A DNA stretch of 64,000 nucleotides from Lama guanicoe (lineage: Eukaryota): the NCBI GenBank assembly GCA_013239625.1, contig MU056050.1:854084-918083 (forward strand), in the 5' to 3' direction. This document shows, piece by piece, positions 37,770 to 50,634 of this stretch. The notes under the pieces were generated by a model. That model did no database searches, was not told the DNA's origin, and saw only the letters and a program-made list of their open reading frames with translations. A program made the position numbers and the translations under genes. Numbering within the stretch: the first letter of the stretch is position 1; each line of letters begins with the position of its first letter.

Positions 37770-38695
37770 CAGGCTGCTTAATTTGGGGGGTCCAGTTAAA
37801 AATGAGAATGTGGGGCCTCTTTTTCAAAATGCAAGAAATAAGTGCCATTAAAAAGTACTAAAATATGAAGCTTTTCCGTTTCTTTCTTCCTTGATGTCTG
37901 TTTGTCTCTCTCCTCATCTTTAACTCTCTATATCTCTTTCTCCTTCACTATGGTATTTTTATTTATTATATTTAATATCATTCAAAGTAAAGAAAAATTA
38001 AAATTTTAAATTATTAGTATGGATTTTACCATTTATCTTTATCTTGTACAATGTCAGTTTTAAATGAAAATAGAACTTTTAACTTGTATGCAGAATCATC
38101 AAATTATACAACTCATATTTTATAGCTCATGCAGGCATATGTATTTCACTCTTTCCAGAACAGTGACCTTGTACACAGAACTAAGACAACTGTTTTGTAA
38201 AATTATTTTTAATTCATTGAGGTAATAATCGGCTTATAACATTATGTTTCATGTGTACATTATATTTCTACTTCTGTATACACTACAGAGTGCTCACCAC
38301 CAAAAGTTCAGTTTCCATCTGTCACCATACTACTGACCCCAGTTACCCATTTTGCCCTCCCCCTGACCCTTTGCCCTCTGGTAACCACTACTCTCTGTTC
38401 TCTGTATCTACATGTAACTCAGCTGTTTTTATTTCATTTTTGATATGTGTACATTCTATCATGCCTGTATAGCTTTGGCTTACTGATGAGTAAGGAAGAA
38501 CTGAAAGAAGAGAAACTATGTGTTGTGCCCTAGCTTTCCCTGTCTTTTTGTATGATCATCTCCAACATAAATGATTGGTTAATACAGGGAAGTAGCACAA
38601 ACAAGAATATGATAGGATTTCTTGGTTGGTTGTGACTTTTACGATGCCATTGTCTTCATTCTGCATTCAGAGTGGAAACCATTGTCTTGGATTGG
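37770..38695. mobile_element. MER45B-like hAT-Tip100 element, interrupted by an L1 3' end (about 38198-38412, minus)
   Basis: taatttggggggtccag...aatgtggggcc...gtgccattaaa...aagtaaagaaaaattaaaattttaaattattag...ggcttactgatgagtaaggaag. The L1 insert ends ctctggtaaccactac. Confidence 0.85.
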
Positions 38696-38699
38696 AACA

Positions 38700-38915
38700 A
38701 CAGTTTCTTTTTGCCTGTTTTTTAACTTTATTTCAATGGAATCATTTCATGTGGACTCTTTGGCTTCTTTCACTTAATATTATGTTTATGAGAGCCATCC
38801 ATATTTTTGTGTGTATTTGTAGTTCATTCTTCTAGCTATTTAGCATTCCATTATGTTGAATATGCTACAGTTTATCCATTCTACTCTTGATGGGCATTTG
38901 GAGAGTCTCCAGATT
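38700..38915 (-). mobile_element. Old L1 3' UTR fragment
   Basis: aatggaatcat...tggcttctttcactta...ttatccattctact..tgatgggcatttgg. Confidence 0.7.
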
Positions 38916-40656
38916 TTAGAGATGTGAGACAATGAGCATGGGGACATGTGTTAGGTTTCTATAGCAATTCAGGTATGATATTGTAAGGGCCTTGAAAGTA
39001 TAGTATTAACACAAGGAATACCAAGGCAAACATAGATCTTATTCAGTCAGTACCTCCAACTTCACAGACGTTTCTGGGATAAGGTTAGTATTGTGATTTT
39101 AAGCTGGAACTGGTGATTCAAAGGAAAGCTGGCAGCATGTTGTGCGCACATTGCAGAATATGAACCACACCTAACAGCGCTAATGAATACACAAGCTCTC
39201 TGCTCCTCCATTTTAACAGGGTAGATACTGGAGGATAAATGAAGAAGGGCATGAGCAGTACCCCTGGGATCCTTAGCAGTGTAACCGGGGACCATTAGAG
39301 AATACGGGAGAAGGTCAACAAGGTTAAGCTCTTGATATTTGGTAGTTTTTTAGAATGTGGAATTTTTCTTAATTTCTTTTGTGCTTTCCAGAAGCACCTC
39401 TTTTTTTCCTAGGATTTTTACTAATTTTTACTAATAATGACACTGTGGCACATGACACCTCTAGCTAGAAATAGGAAAATTTCCACCTTGACTAGTTAAT
39501 AGCACTTTACTCTTTATATTTCTTCTTCTTGGTAACATGCAGAGCTGGAGCCTGACTTCCTTCTGCCACCATCAGTTTACCCAGGAGACAGACCAATTGG
39601 CAGGAGAAAGCATACATTTGGTTATCTCACCTGCCATTTGATCATTATACAGGTCAAGAAGAGATGAGTTTTTTCCACCAATTAATGCACACTAATTGCA
39701 CCCTTTCCTTTGTCTTAATACCTTTTCTTCTTTTGTACCTGTTGAACCAAAACTCAAGGTCATCTTATGTGTAAAGCTTTCCATGATCCTTTCATTCAAA
39801 TAAATCAGTCTCTACTCTTCTATTTCTTAGTGCTTTTAAAAGCTAAATCTATTATACAATTCATCACGTTGTTATTAGGGTTATGCAGTTCAGATCCTAG
39901 CCTTGAGTTGTGTTTACCAAACCATTCAGAAAAGTTTTGGCCCATTGGAGATCTATTTGTATGTAAGATTAAGAGCTCATGGGAAATAGCTTATCACAGA
40001 GGTAAAAAGAATGAAGTCAATAAAGTGAGTTCCTCAACCCTGGGAACCTAAGGGGTGATTTCTGGGGATAGCAGGTTATTACTTAGTTATTGTTTTTATT
40101 GCATGCCGGAAATAAGTGTGACTAGAATTTTGAAGAGCTGTTTCTTTTCTTTTAGTAAATAAATGAGGTCTTGAGAGTTTAAAATATCAACAGTATTGGT
40201 AGCAGTAGTGGATTTAATGTATCTTTGCATGGGCATAGGTATCCACGGAAGAGACATTAGTGCCACACCCTTGGCACGGAATTTAGTGCAGCTGACTGAA
40301 ATCTTTGGTGGGCATCAATCATGTGACTGCCACTTTTGCCTTTGGCAGCAATCAGGCATTGCCTTTGCTAGCTGAGCAGTTCTGGAGAAAAATGTCAGAT
40401 GCCACGTGGTAGTTGAGAATACCAGGTCTCAGAGTCAGTTTACATACCCACTAAGGGTCCAAAACTCTTTGAGGGGAATTTTGGGGAAAGGTGGGACCAA
40501 TCTGGAGTTCTGCAGAATAAACGAGAGAGTCAAAGAAATATAGGAGATGATAAAGGTGAGTTTTAACTGTTTTTTTTTTTTTCACTCATATATCTCCCTC
40601 ATTGGGCTGGGAGTTGTTTATGATAGGGACCATGTAGATAGGTTATATTATTTTCT

Positions 40657-42105
40657 TTTTTTTTTAACATTTTTTACTGATTCATAATCATTTTACAATG
40701 TGGTGTCAAATTCCAGTGTAGAGCACAATTTTTCAGTTATACGTGAACATATATATATTCATTGTCACATTGTTTTTCTCTGTGAGCTACTACAAGATCT
40801 TGTATATATTTCCCTGTGCTATACAGTATAATCTTGTTTATCTATTCTACAATTTTGAAATCCCGTCTATCCCTTCCCACCTTCTGCCCCCTTGGCAACC
40901 ACAAGTTTGTATTCTATGTCTGTGAGTCTGTTTCTGCTTTGTATTTATGCTTTGTTTGTTTGTTTTTGTTTTTGTTTTTTTTTTTAGGTTCCACATATGA
41001 GCGGTCTCATGTGGTATTTTTCTTTCTTTCTGTTTTACTTCACTTAGAATGACATTCTCCAGGAGCATCCATGTTGCTGCAAATGATGTTATGTTGTTGG
41101 TTTTTATGGCTGAGTAGTATTCCATTGTATAAATATACCACTCTTCTTTATCCAGTCATCTGTTCATGGACATTTAGGCTGTTTCCATGTCTTGGCTATT
41201 GTAAATAGTGCTGCTATGAACATTGGGGTGCAGGTGTCATCCTGAAGTAGGGTTCCTTCTGGATATATGCCCAGGAGCAGGATTCCTGGGTAATATGGTA
41301 AGTCTATTCCTAGTCTTTTGAGGAATCTCCATACTGTTTTCCACAGTGGCTGCACCAAACTGCATTCCCACCAGCAGTGTAGGAGGGTTCCCTTTTCTCC
41401 ACAGCCTCTCCAGCATTTGTCCTTTGTGGATTTTTGAATGATGGCCATTCTGACTGGTGTGAGGTGATACCTCATTGTAGTTTTGATTTGCATTTCTCTG
41501 GTAATTAGTGATATTGAGTATTTTTTTAATGTGCCTATTGATCATTTGTATGTCTTCCTTGGAGAATTNNNNNNNNNNNNNNNNNNNNNNNNNNNNNNNN
41601 NNNNNNNNNNNNNNNNNNNNNNNNNNNNNNNNNNNNNNNNNNNNNNNNNNNNNNNNNNNNNNNNNNNNNNNNNNNNNNNNNNNNNNNNNNNNNNNNNNNN
41701 NNNNNNNNNNNNNNNNNNNNNNNNNNNNNNNNNNNNNNNNNNNNNNNNNNNNNNNNNNNNNNNNNNNNNNNNNNNNNNNNNNNNNNNNNNNNNNNNNNNN
41801 NNNNNNNNNNNNNNNNNNNNNNNNNTATGTCAGATAATGTTTTGCCTATATTTTCTTCTAGGAGGTTTATTGTGTCTTGTCTTATGTTTAAGTCTTTGAT
41901 CCATTTTGAGTTTATTTTTGTGTATGGTGTAAGGGAGTGTTCTAGCTTCATTGTTTTACATGCTGCTGTCCAGTTTTCCCAACACCATTTGCTGAAGAGA
42001 CTGTCTCTATTCCATTGTATATTCTTGCCTCCTTTGTCGAAGATGAGTTGACCAAAAGTTTGTGGGTTCATTTCTGGGCTCTCTATTCTTTTCCATTGGT
42101 CTGTA
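40657..42105 (-). mobile_element. Young 5'-truncated L1 (camelid type): ORF2 C-terminal region plus 3' UTR, disrupted
   Basis: ORF2 peptides [20 protein letters not shown]..., [17 protein letters not shown]...[18 protein letters not shown] (Cys-rich domain), MEYYSAIK.... 14-bp TSD ttatattattttct at 40643-40656 and 42106-42119. Premature TGA after QPKCP. Confidence 0.96.
41569..41825. other. Assembly gap (257 N) inside the L1
   Basis: Run of N with collinear L1 sequence on both sides. Confidence 0.99.
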
Positions 42106-42134
42106 TTATATTATTTTCTCACAGTGCTTCCTTT

Positions 42135-42541
42135 CCTCTTTACCTGGTTGTGGCTCATTGTGGGCACAATATATTTTCCTATTTCACTGATTTTGGTCAG
42201 TGGAATATGAGTGGATATAACAGCTGGCCAATTCTAGACCAAGGCCTAAAGAGGCATCATATGTTTCCATACACCCCTCTTGACCTTCTGACTTGTGCCA
42301 TGATGAGAATGTGACCCAAGTACTCATTCCTCCTTCAGCCTAGGTCCAGGGATGAAGATTGGAGCAGACCTCCACCTAACCCGTTCTAGAGTCCAGTCTA
42401 GCCTAGATGAGCCCAGCTGAGGTCAGCCTAACCGCAGGTATCCCACAGACCCATGAATGTGTACAGTTAACAGTACAGGCCACTGAGATTTTGAAATTAT
42501 CTATAATACAGCATTATTACAGAAGAAACCTGACTAATACA
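42135..42541 (+). mobile_element. MaLR LTR (MLT1H/I-like)
   Basis: tttggtcagtggaatatgagtgg...ccttcagcctagg...gccactgagattttg...ctgactaataca. Confidence 0.8.
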
Positions 42542-44729
42542 GATCATATCTTGGAGTTTTTGTATTCATACCCCCTAGCCCAGTGCCTACCAATTAGCTG
42601 CTGAATGAGTGAAGGAAGGACTTTACGAAGGTTGCACTGATTATATTGCCTTACCTACCTCAGAGGTATATCAGTAGTTAGTACAAGGTACTTAGTGGGG
42701 TGTCAAATTCAGCCTTTATGGACTAGTTTTCTTCACTTAAAAATCTGAGGCAGATGTCTTCAATATATATGCCTTTCAATGGATAGAGGTCTAGCTGGAG
42801 GGAAAAGAAGTGACTTAATACACAGCCACATTACTACCAGAAAAAAACTGCACACATCTTATTGATGGTAGATCAGAAGGACTATCTCTGCATCTGAAGA
42901 TAGCTCTGCATGAAACAAATGATCTTCCTAGTTTATCCTTTTTACTGTGTGCTTTTAGATTAGCTCTTCAAACACCAAGGGTTTGGAGTTTGGATACCTG
43001 AAGGGTCCCAGAGGAAATGGAAGTTGAGTGGTTTGGAATTGGTTAGAAGCAAAGACAGGCAGCAGAAGTGAAGAGGTAGTTTAAAAGGAGTGGAAACCTT
43101 GAAAAAAATTCAGGATGGAGGGGAAAGGAATTACACACAAGAATATGGGTACCCTTTGAGGATGCTGTTAGCAGGGTGATCTGGGGGTAGAAAGAGCGAT
43201 GGGGCTTTGCAGTAAGTGTGATGCAGGCAAACAGATGGACTTGTTGCTGAGAAAAGGGAGGCCCTAGATGAAGATGGCAGATCAAACTAGCGTGGGTATC
43301 TTGAGTAAGTTGCCAATAAGTAATCTGGGCATTTTTTTTTTGAGATTTTATAACCCAATGAACTAGTTTTTTTGGGGGAAAATACTCCATATTCCGATTT
43401 TAAAAAAATTCTGAGTAATAGTCCTTGCAAACAAAACAAAAAACCCTTTTGGAATTTGTCTTTCAATGCTACTCTAATCCTAGTGGGAGAAGTCCTGCTT
43501 TCCAAAGTTTAAGGAGGATTTGAAACTCAGACAACTACTGATTTTCTCTGGGATAAAGCTTAGAATTGAGACTGATTAGCTTTTTCATTACCTTGAAAAT
43601 ATACGCAGCATTTTATTTTCCTCTTGTGTCTTTGAGAGTAAGGAACAAGGGAAAAATTTTTTTTGCCTGAGTAATAGAAGATACTACCAGTCAGATTACT
43701 TGAGTGAGGAGGGAGATGGTGGCTGAAAAGCAGATTCTTCCCACCTTTTTTTTTTTTCTCCTTACTCACAGGGTTTGAAACATGGTTATTTTTGCATGAA
43801 AAATAATTTAACTGGACTTAGTGATTGATCACAAGCAAAATGCTTATTAATGGGAGTTTGATCTTTGGCATTTCTAATCAATAATACTTGAAACATAAGA
43901 GAAGAGTCAGATGTTAGTTATCTTGGGCTTAGTTACTCCTTGAAAAGGCAGTTACCGCCACCTTGTTGTGAATGCCTTTTGATCAAAGGGTATGAAATCT
44001 TATGGCTCAGTGGTAAATACCTTCAAGTTGACAGCTGCAGTTTAAGTATCCTGGCACAGTAAGTGTTCCAGAATTTTTTGAACATTGTTTAAGAGGTAGG
44101 CAAATATCCAGGACTTTTTTTCCCGGTCAGTTCTGTTGTTTCAGTTTGAGAGAGACGTCAGTTGGCTTTGGTCAACAATTTCATTGATACTCTTGTTTAA
44201 CAACTTCATACTGATGGGATGGTGTGACAAACCAGGGTCTGTTGATTTCTTTCATTTTTTTTCCCCTCCTTTCTTTTCCTTCTCCTTTCTCCCTATCTTT
44301 TCCATCTTCCTTTTTTTTTTTTTTTTAAATGGTGGTGGTTCTCACTAATAGGATGTCCATCTTGATCAACTGAATAACTTTTAAAAAATAGAGTACACGC
44401 TAAGGCTCATTGGTTCACAATTATCTATATACATATATTTGAGTCTTCACTTTAGTTGTTCCCAAGCTTCTTACTGGTTAATACTCTAAACCCTACCTCT
44501 CTACTTGCATTCTGTTTGCTTATTTTAATTTCAGTTTTGATTCTGAAGATAATGCATTTCTTAAAATATAAAGCTGTTTTTATCAAATGCATATGTTCAT
44601 ATCTCTTATGAAACTGTAGGTGTTTGCCATCTTTAAATAGACCCAACATGTGAAAAGGCAGGTTTATAAAATTAATGAATAATTATTTTTGCAAAGTAAA
44701 TACATATCACTGTAGAAAATAATTCATAG

Positions 44730-45140
44730 TAGCATAGAATCAAAAGTATCATAAAGTTTGAAAGGATCTTAAAAGTTACTGCCCTACATCCAATGACTGA
44801 ATTGCCTTACTAAAGTCCTGATAAGTGTTAATCTGTCTGTCCTTGGATGTCTCTAATTTCAGGGAACTCACCACCACCAGAGGCAGCCCCCCCTTTTTTT
44901 AACTAGTATACCATATAATTATTTTAAATGACCAGACAGATTCTTTATATCTATTCCCTCACAGCTTTTTCCTAGTGCTTCCAACTTTGCTTTTGCTTGG
45001 CCTTCATACAAAACAGAGGTTAGTTAGCTGATGACAGTGTCATTTTTAAAAATTTGCAGGTAAGGAATTTGGAATGTAGAGAAGATATGTGATTTGCCTA
45101 AAATCTGGTAAGAAAATAATGAATTCCTAATCCTCAGTCT
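44730..45140 (-). mobile_element. L3/CR1 fragment followed by a MIR fragment
   Basis: catagaatc...gggaactcaccacc...gaggcagc (L3); atgtgatttgccta (MIR). Confidence 0.5.
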
Positions 45141-46737
45141 CTTCACTTTTTTTGTGATTTGAGTAAGAAAATTCCATTTTCATTCAACTGTTAGGGAAAC
45201 ATATCTTGCAATGTGAAATATGACAAAGGTATGAATACAATCTAAGAAAATATGGATCTGAGGTCTGAGTGAAAAAAAAAAAAAAACCAAAAAACCATAA
45301 ACTTCCAGAATCTTCCTTCATTTCCTCCAATATGTTCTCAAACTGTATTTGTAGTCATTGGTGCCTCAGCATAACTCTTTATGTCTCTGTAGAAGTATTG
45401 TTAGTCTTCTCTGAGAAGGCAAAAAAATTAAAGATGCCCAAATATCTGGCTGCTTTTTGGGCACTATTGATTTGGCATATTGATGGTCCATTATCTGAGA
45501 ATAAAAGCACATCATTCTCTTACTTCTTGCCCACTCCTCGCCCAGAGCCCTAAGATACTTTGTTCTTTGATTTTTAAATTATAGGTGGATAGTTAGTTGA
45601 GAGTGTTCCCTCTGGCTTTTAATTTTGGAAATGTCCAAAGTGAATTGAAAGCAAGCGGAATTCTAAGAGCACTAGGCAGATGTCGCATGTTTGCATCTGT
45701 GATGACATAAGCTTTGACCTTGGTTCTGTGTTATTGTTAAAGGAGTACTTGCCATATCTAGTTTTTGGTCTATAGTAGGAAGAATGGTGCTAGCTTTGGG
45801 GGAAGTGTAAGTTTAGACCTGCTGTGATTTTTCATGTTTGTGGGACAAGTATACTTGAATTCTTTTTCACTATCCAGTGATTTCTTTGTTTCCATGGCAG
45901 CTAAAATGAGCTGCTTGGTTAGCTTGTGTTTGTATTTATGTTCATATGTGAAAAGAATTCCATGCAGCTACATTTCAGGAACAAGCAATTTAATAATCTA
46001 ATGTTGAAATTGTATGCTTGTTTTAACTGTTAAAACTGTTTTTCTGTTTTACTATATTTTTAGTTCTGGTGTCATCTCAATAAAGTGAAAATGCTTCTTT
46101 ATTTAGTTTTGTATGTCCTTTAGCGAATTTTAGAGCGAATGTGCTTATAATGTGAAGAGTCATAGGAAAATGCAATATAATGACAAAGAATTTTTGGCTG
46201 ATCAGATTGATCGTTAGTCATAATTGAAAATGTCCCTGTTTTCTTCATGTGTGAATATATATGCAAGGTTGTGTGTATTGTGGGGGAATCATTTTGCAGT
46301 GGGATGAGTGGCTCACAAAGAGGAGGGTTCCTAGACCTTCAGGATGTCTTCACTTTGCCTGTCTTACTGGCTTCTCAATGGCAGTAGCCCTGGTGACGTT
46401 GTAGGCATGTTTTATCAGTTGGCCTCCTTAGACAGGAAGAGATCAAAACTATCTCCTGTGTCACAAACCAAACCTTTGTTTAGGCTTGTCATGTGGTTAA
46501 CTTGAACCCCAGTGTTCCAGAAGTTTTGTTATTTATTTATATTTTCTAGGCTGGAACAGAGTATGTTTTCTCTTTGAATTAAGCACCTTGAGGATGTTGT
46601 TTCAGTCTTTACTTACCAATGTGGTTTCACAGGCCAACAGGTCCAACTGCCAGGCCTTTGATTCTGCCAGCTTTGCAACTGACAGAAATGCTGTGGATAT
46701 GGATTTTCTTCATATTTATGGCAATTAGAAATTTTAT

Positions 46738-46790
46738 ACACACACACACACACACACACAGACACATTCATACAGGCACACATACATGCC
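46738..46790. repeat. (CA)n microsatellite with a degenerate tail
   Basis: Directly visible. Confidence 0.95.
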
Positions 46791-48604
46791 AACAGTATAT
46801 ATACTGAAATAATAAGTATTCCCTCTTTATGTCCCTGGAAAACAGAAAGTTACAATCTATATTATTTTGTTTTAGATTTCAGCCAAAAGTTGAGTGGAGG
46901 GGAGAAGAGAGCCATTTAAAAAAGCTGTACAGTCATATCTGTAGGTATTAAGATTCTTCATATCCTTGTTGGAGACTAAAATGACTTCCTAAAGTATGGA
47001 TCCTTTCAGCCCTTAGTCTTTCAGCAATAGCTATATTTAAATTATATTTTCATGTGACAAACATTTAATTTTTGCAACAGTGTTCCTTTTACTATTCCAC
47101 ACATCGTTTTTTTTTGTTTTTTTTTTTTTTTTAAAGTCAAATCCCACGTTTGGCCATGAATCGTTTTATCTTGGGGGTAAAGTAAATCTGCCTGGTGCAG
47201 ACCATACTGCGGTTTGCTCGTTTCCCTCCTAAAGTGGCCTGGTTTTACTGAGACTGGGATTAGTCAGTCACAGAGCCTGCAGTTGCTACTGGGTATAGTA
47301 GCCAGTGGTTTGAGGAAGAGAATCAGTACATACCAGTTCTTACACATCCTGTTCACCTACCCATCCTCAGTAAAAATCAACCCTTTCCAAATTCATTTTA
47401 GATTTTCAGATCTTGATGTGGTTAATTTAAATAGGCAGACGGCTTTGCAGCATGTTCCTTTGGTGAAGAGAGGCTGACTTATGTCAGTTTAAGAATAAAA
47501 ATAGGGAGTCCTAATATCCACACAGTTGTTATAGAATGTGTACCCATGTTTGTCATCCTTTTCTTCCCTCTGTTCCTTTTAAATCAAGAGATTTGCTCTC
47601 TCTTGGCCCTTCCCGGAAATTGTTCCTGCACTAAATAGGCAGATGGTGGGTTGAGCTGTGAGTGACCTAAAAGGGCACAGTCGTGCCACAGCATTTCTCT
47701 CTAGCACAGATGCCTGTTTGTGAGTTGGTATCTAGTAAACTTTCACTTACTGCAGTCATGCAGTCAGATCTTAGTTTTTAGTATAATTCAATACTTTTTT
47801 TTTCTATTTTTTTCAGTTTTCCATTCTTGAGTTCTTATGCACTTGGCCTCTCACCTGACTGCAAACTATTCACCTTCATTCCCTCTGCATGTCCAGATCA
47901 GTATGTAAAAAAGAGGAGGAGGTCACAGCATTCCCAGAGCAAATAAAGCAGCTAGATTGAGTTCTGGGAAGTTGGGAGTCATCTTGGTAATATTAGGCTA
48001 AGAAATGGGAGACAGGATTTGAAGTGGGGAAAGATGGTCCTTGACTAATGCCTACATTATTCAAGGCTTTCCCGGAATAAATCATGAAGGAGAGTAGAGT
48101 TCTGCACCCAATGTTTTCTTTCCCTTTGTGGCACCTCACTGTAATTTAACTTCACCGGTTCTGTTTGGGTGTCAGTCAGCTTCAGATCCATTCTTATATT
48201 TATCTCTTCTTTTGTATATTCTTATATGTATTTCTTTTTTCCATTTGGATTTTTGGAAACCTCAGAGAATTTAGGCAGAATAATCTAGGAAAGTTGACCA
48301 AAAAGACACCCGAAGTAACAGAATGAGGGTATACTTTAGTCCTGCCTACTCAAATATTAGAAACATAAGGTATCCTCAGATAATTTTACCCTTAGGAAGT
48401 ATCCTACGTACCATCTTCTCTAAGGCTTCTTAACTTCTTGAGATTTTGTTCTATATGGTACTCCCTCTATGAATGATTTCAATAATAATTTCTCCATTAC
48501 TTCCTTTACCTTGTCCTGTAAACATACTTACATAGCTTTGGTTAAAAATAAAATCTCCTGGCACTTTTTTCTCAGATAGGCAGTGTTCTCTCTCTCTCTC
48601 TTTC

Positions 48605-48870
48605 AGTGTAGTGTAGTGGTTACAAGCGTAAACTTTGTAGCCAGCTATCTTCATTTGAATTTCAACCATTTGAATTACAAACTATGAACTTGGGCAAGTT
48701 ACTTTAAAAACTAATAGAAAACTCTCTGTGCCTCAGTTTCCTCATTTGTAAAATGGGAATAATAATTGTACCTACTTGATAGTGTTGTAAGGATTAAATG
48801 ACTACATGTAAAGCACCTAGAACAGAATGTGCCCCTCATTAACTTTACTTAAATATTTGTTGTTATAGTT
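48605..48870 (+). mobile_element. MIR SINE, near full length
   Basis: gtagtgtagtggtta...ctctgtgcctcagtttcctcatttgtaaaatgggaataata. Confidence 0.9.
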
Positions 48871-49550
48871 CCTTTAGAGATAAGTTTACTGCTCTAATTT
48901 TTGCCTGTAATACTTATCACCTTCCAACATACTAGATGGTTGATGGCTTTGACTTTTTCCCCACTCACTCTTCTGCCTACTGAGTTATAAATAAGCTCTA
49001 TGAGGACAGGGATTTTTTTCCTGTTCTCTTCATTACTGTGTATTCTCTGTGCTTAGCACATAGTAGGTACTCAATTAATATTTGTTGAATGAACTCATTG
49101 TTATTGACTTTCCCTCCTACCAATCTATTGAAATTGCTCTGGCAGAGGTAATTAGTAACTACAGACTGTGAACCTCTCTCTCTTTTTTTTTTTTTTAACA
49201 CTAACCTCTCTCTTGCTCACAATATCTAATCAATGATGCCAGGTTAATCATACTGCCAAGTAGCTCTCAAATCCAACTGTGTCCTCCCAGATCCACTACT
49301 ACTACCTTCTCTAGTCCTAGCCACCATCTGTTTCCTGAGTCTTAAAGTAGGCCTCTAATCAATTTTCCTTTATCTATTTTTGCCGCTTTCAACCCATTCT
49401 GTGTATAGTAGCCAGAGAAGGTTTTAAAAATGTAAATCAAACAGTACCATGCTCTAAAAACCCTTTGTTAGCTTCCTGTTGTCCTGTAGAGTAAAAAGCA
49501 AAATCATTTGATGATCTACGTGAAACTGTAAAATCTGACCCTTTAGTTAC
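48870..49550 (+). mobile_element. L2 fragments including a 3' end
   Basis: aagctctatgaggacaggga...agcacatagtaggtactcaattaatatttgttgaatgaa. Confidence 0.8.
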
Positions 49551-50630
49551 TTAAAATTTAAAGTTACCATTTGACCCAACAGTTCCACTCCTAGGTATAT
49601 ACTGAAGAGATTGAAAACATATGCCCAAGCATAAGCTTGTACACAAGTGTTCTTAGAAGCTTTATGTATAATAGCCAAAAAGTAGAATCAGGCCAAATGT
49701 CTGTCAATTGATGAATAAATAAACAAATGTGATATTATCCATAGAAAGGAATATTGTTCAATTGTAAAAAGCAAATATTGTTATTGTAGAAATGAATATT
49801 CAGTTACAAAAAGCTGTAAAACTACTGACTATACTTCAATGAAAAATATATATAATAAAAAAGTGATGAAGTGTTGATATATGCTGCAACATTGATGAAC
49901 CTTGAAAACACTGTGCTAAGTGAAAGAAACCAGACACAAAAGGCCACATACTGTGTGATTTTATTAATGTGAAATGTCCAGAATACACAAAAGTGTAGAG
50001 ATTGAAAGTAGATTAGTAGTTGCCAGGGGTTGGGAGGAGCGGGAAGTAAATGCTACTGGATATGGACTTCTTTTGGGGGTGTCAAATGATAAAAAATGAT
50101 ACAATTTAGTAATGAGTATTAAGTCCTTTATTCAAGGGAAAGCAACTTGGGTTGGGCGAGCATAATACCTCACAAGCAGTGGAGTGCTCTTTCTGACGGA
50201 TTTGGGCAAGAACAGGTTTTATGGAGAGTTAGAAGAGGCAATGTGGAAAAGGGCATGAATGGCTAGGCGGTAGAGGATTTCCTTATAAGGCCAGCAAGTC
50301 CTGATTTCTTGGGTAAACTTTAAATCACTAAAGCTGAGTTGGAGGATTATAATTGGTGGATGTTAGGCTTCCTTGACAAATATTTCCTGTAAGCGTAGCC
50401 TTACTTAGATTCAGATTTGTTATGTGGGTCAGGTCACTGGGGACAACCTCTATTTTGTGGGTCCTGATATATATATAAATTAACTTTATCAGAGGTGATG
50501 AAAATATTCTGATATTAAATAGTTTGATGATTATATAACTTTGTGAATATATTAAAAGAAACATAGTGAATGGTATACTTTAACGATGTATATTTTATAG
50601 TATTTTAATTATATTGCAATTTAAAAAAGT
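49550..50630 (+). mobile_element. L1MB-type 3' region carrying nested insertions
   Basis: gttaccatttgaccca...ccactcctaggtatat...tgctaagtgaaagaaaccagacacaaaaggccaca...tgatgaaaatattct. Confidence 0.88.
50080..50491 (-). mobile_element. ERV1-class solo LTR nested in the L1MB
   Basis: TG...CA termini (tgtcaaatg ... actttatca). 4-bp TSD gggg/gagg. The L1 reads through when the LTR is removed (ttttggggg|tgatgaaaat). AATAAA on minus at 50127-50132. Confidence 0.8.
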
Positions 50631-50634
50631 TTAG

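Noticed and set aside
40310..40410. E-box/M-box motifs (tcatgtgac, gccacgtgg)
   Set aside because: Short motifs with no independent support; chance occurrence is likely
40847..41545. ORFs with a Cys-rich zinc-knuckle-like motif ([18 protein letters not shown])
   Set aside because: Standard L1 ORF2 C-terminal domain, not a host gene or novel system
41483..42071. Long ORFs of 109-178 aa in the ORF track
   Set aside because: They run through the N gap. The real parts are L1 ORF2 debris with a nearby premature stop and frameshift.
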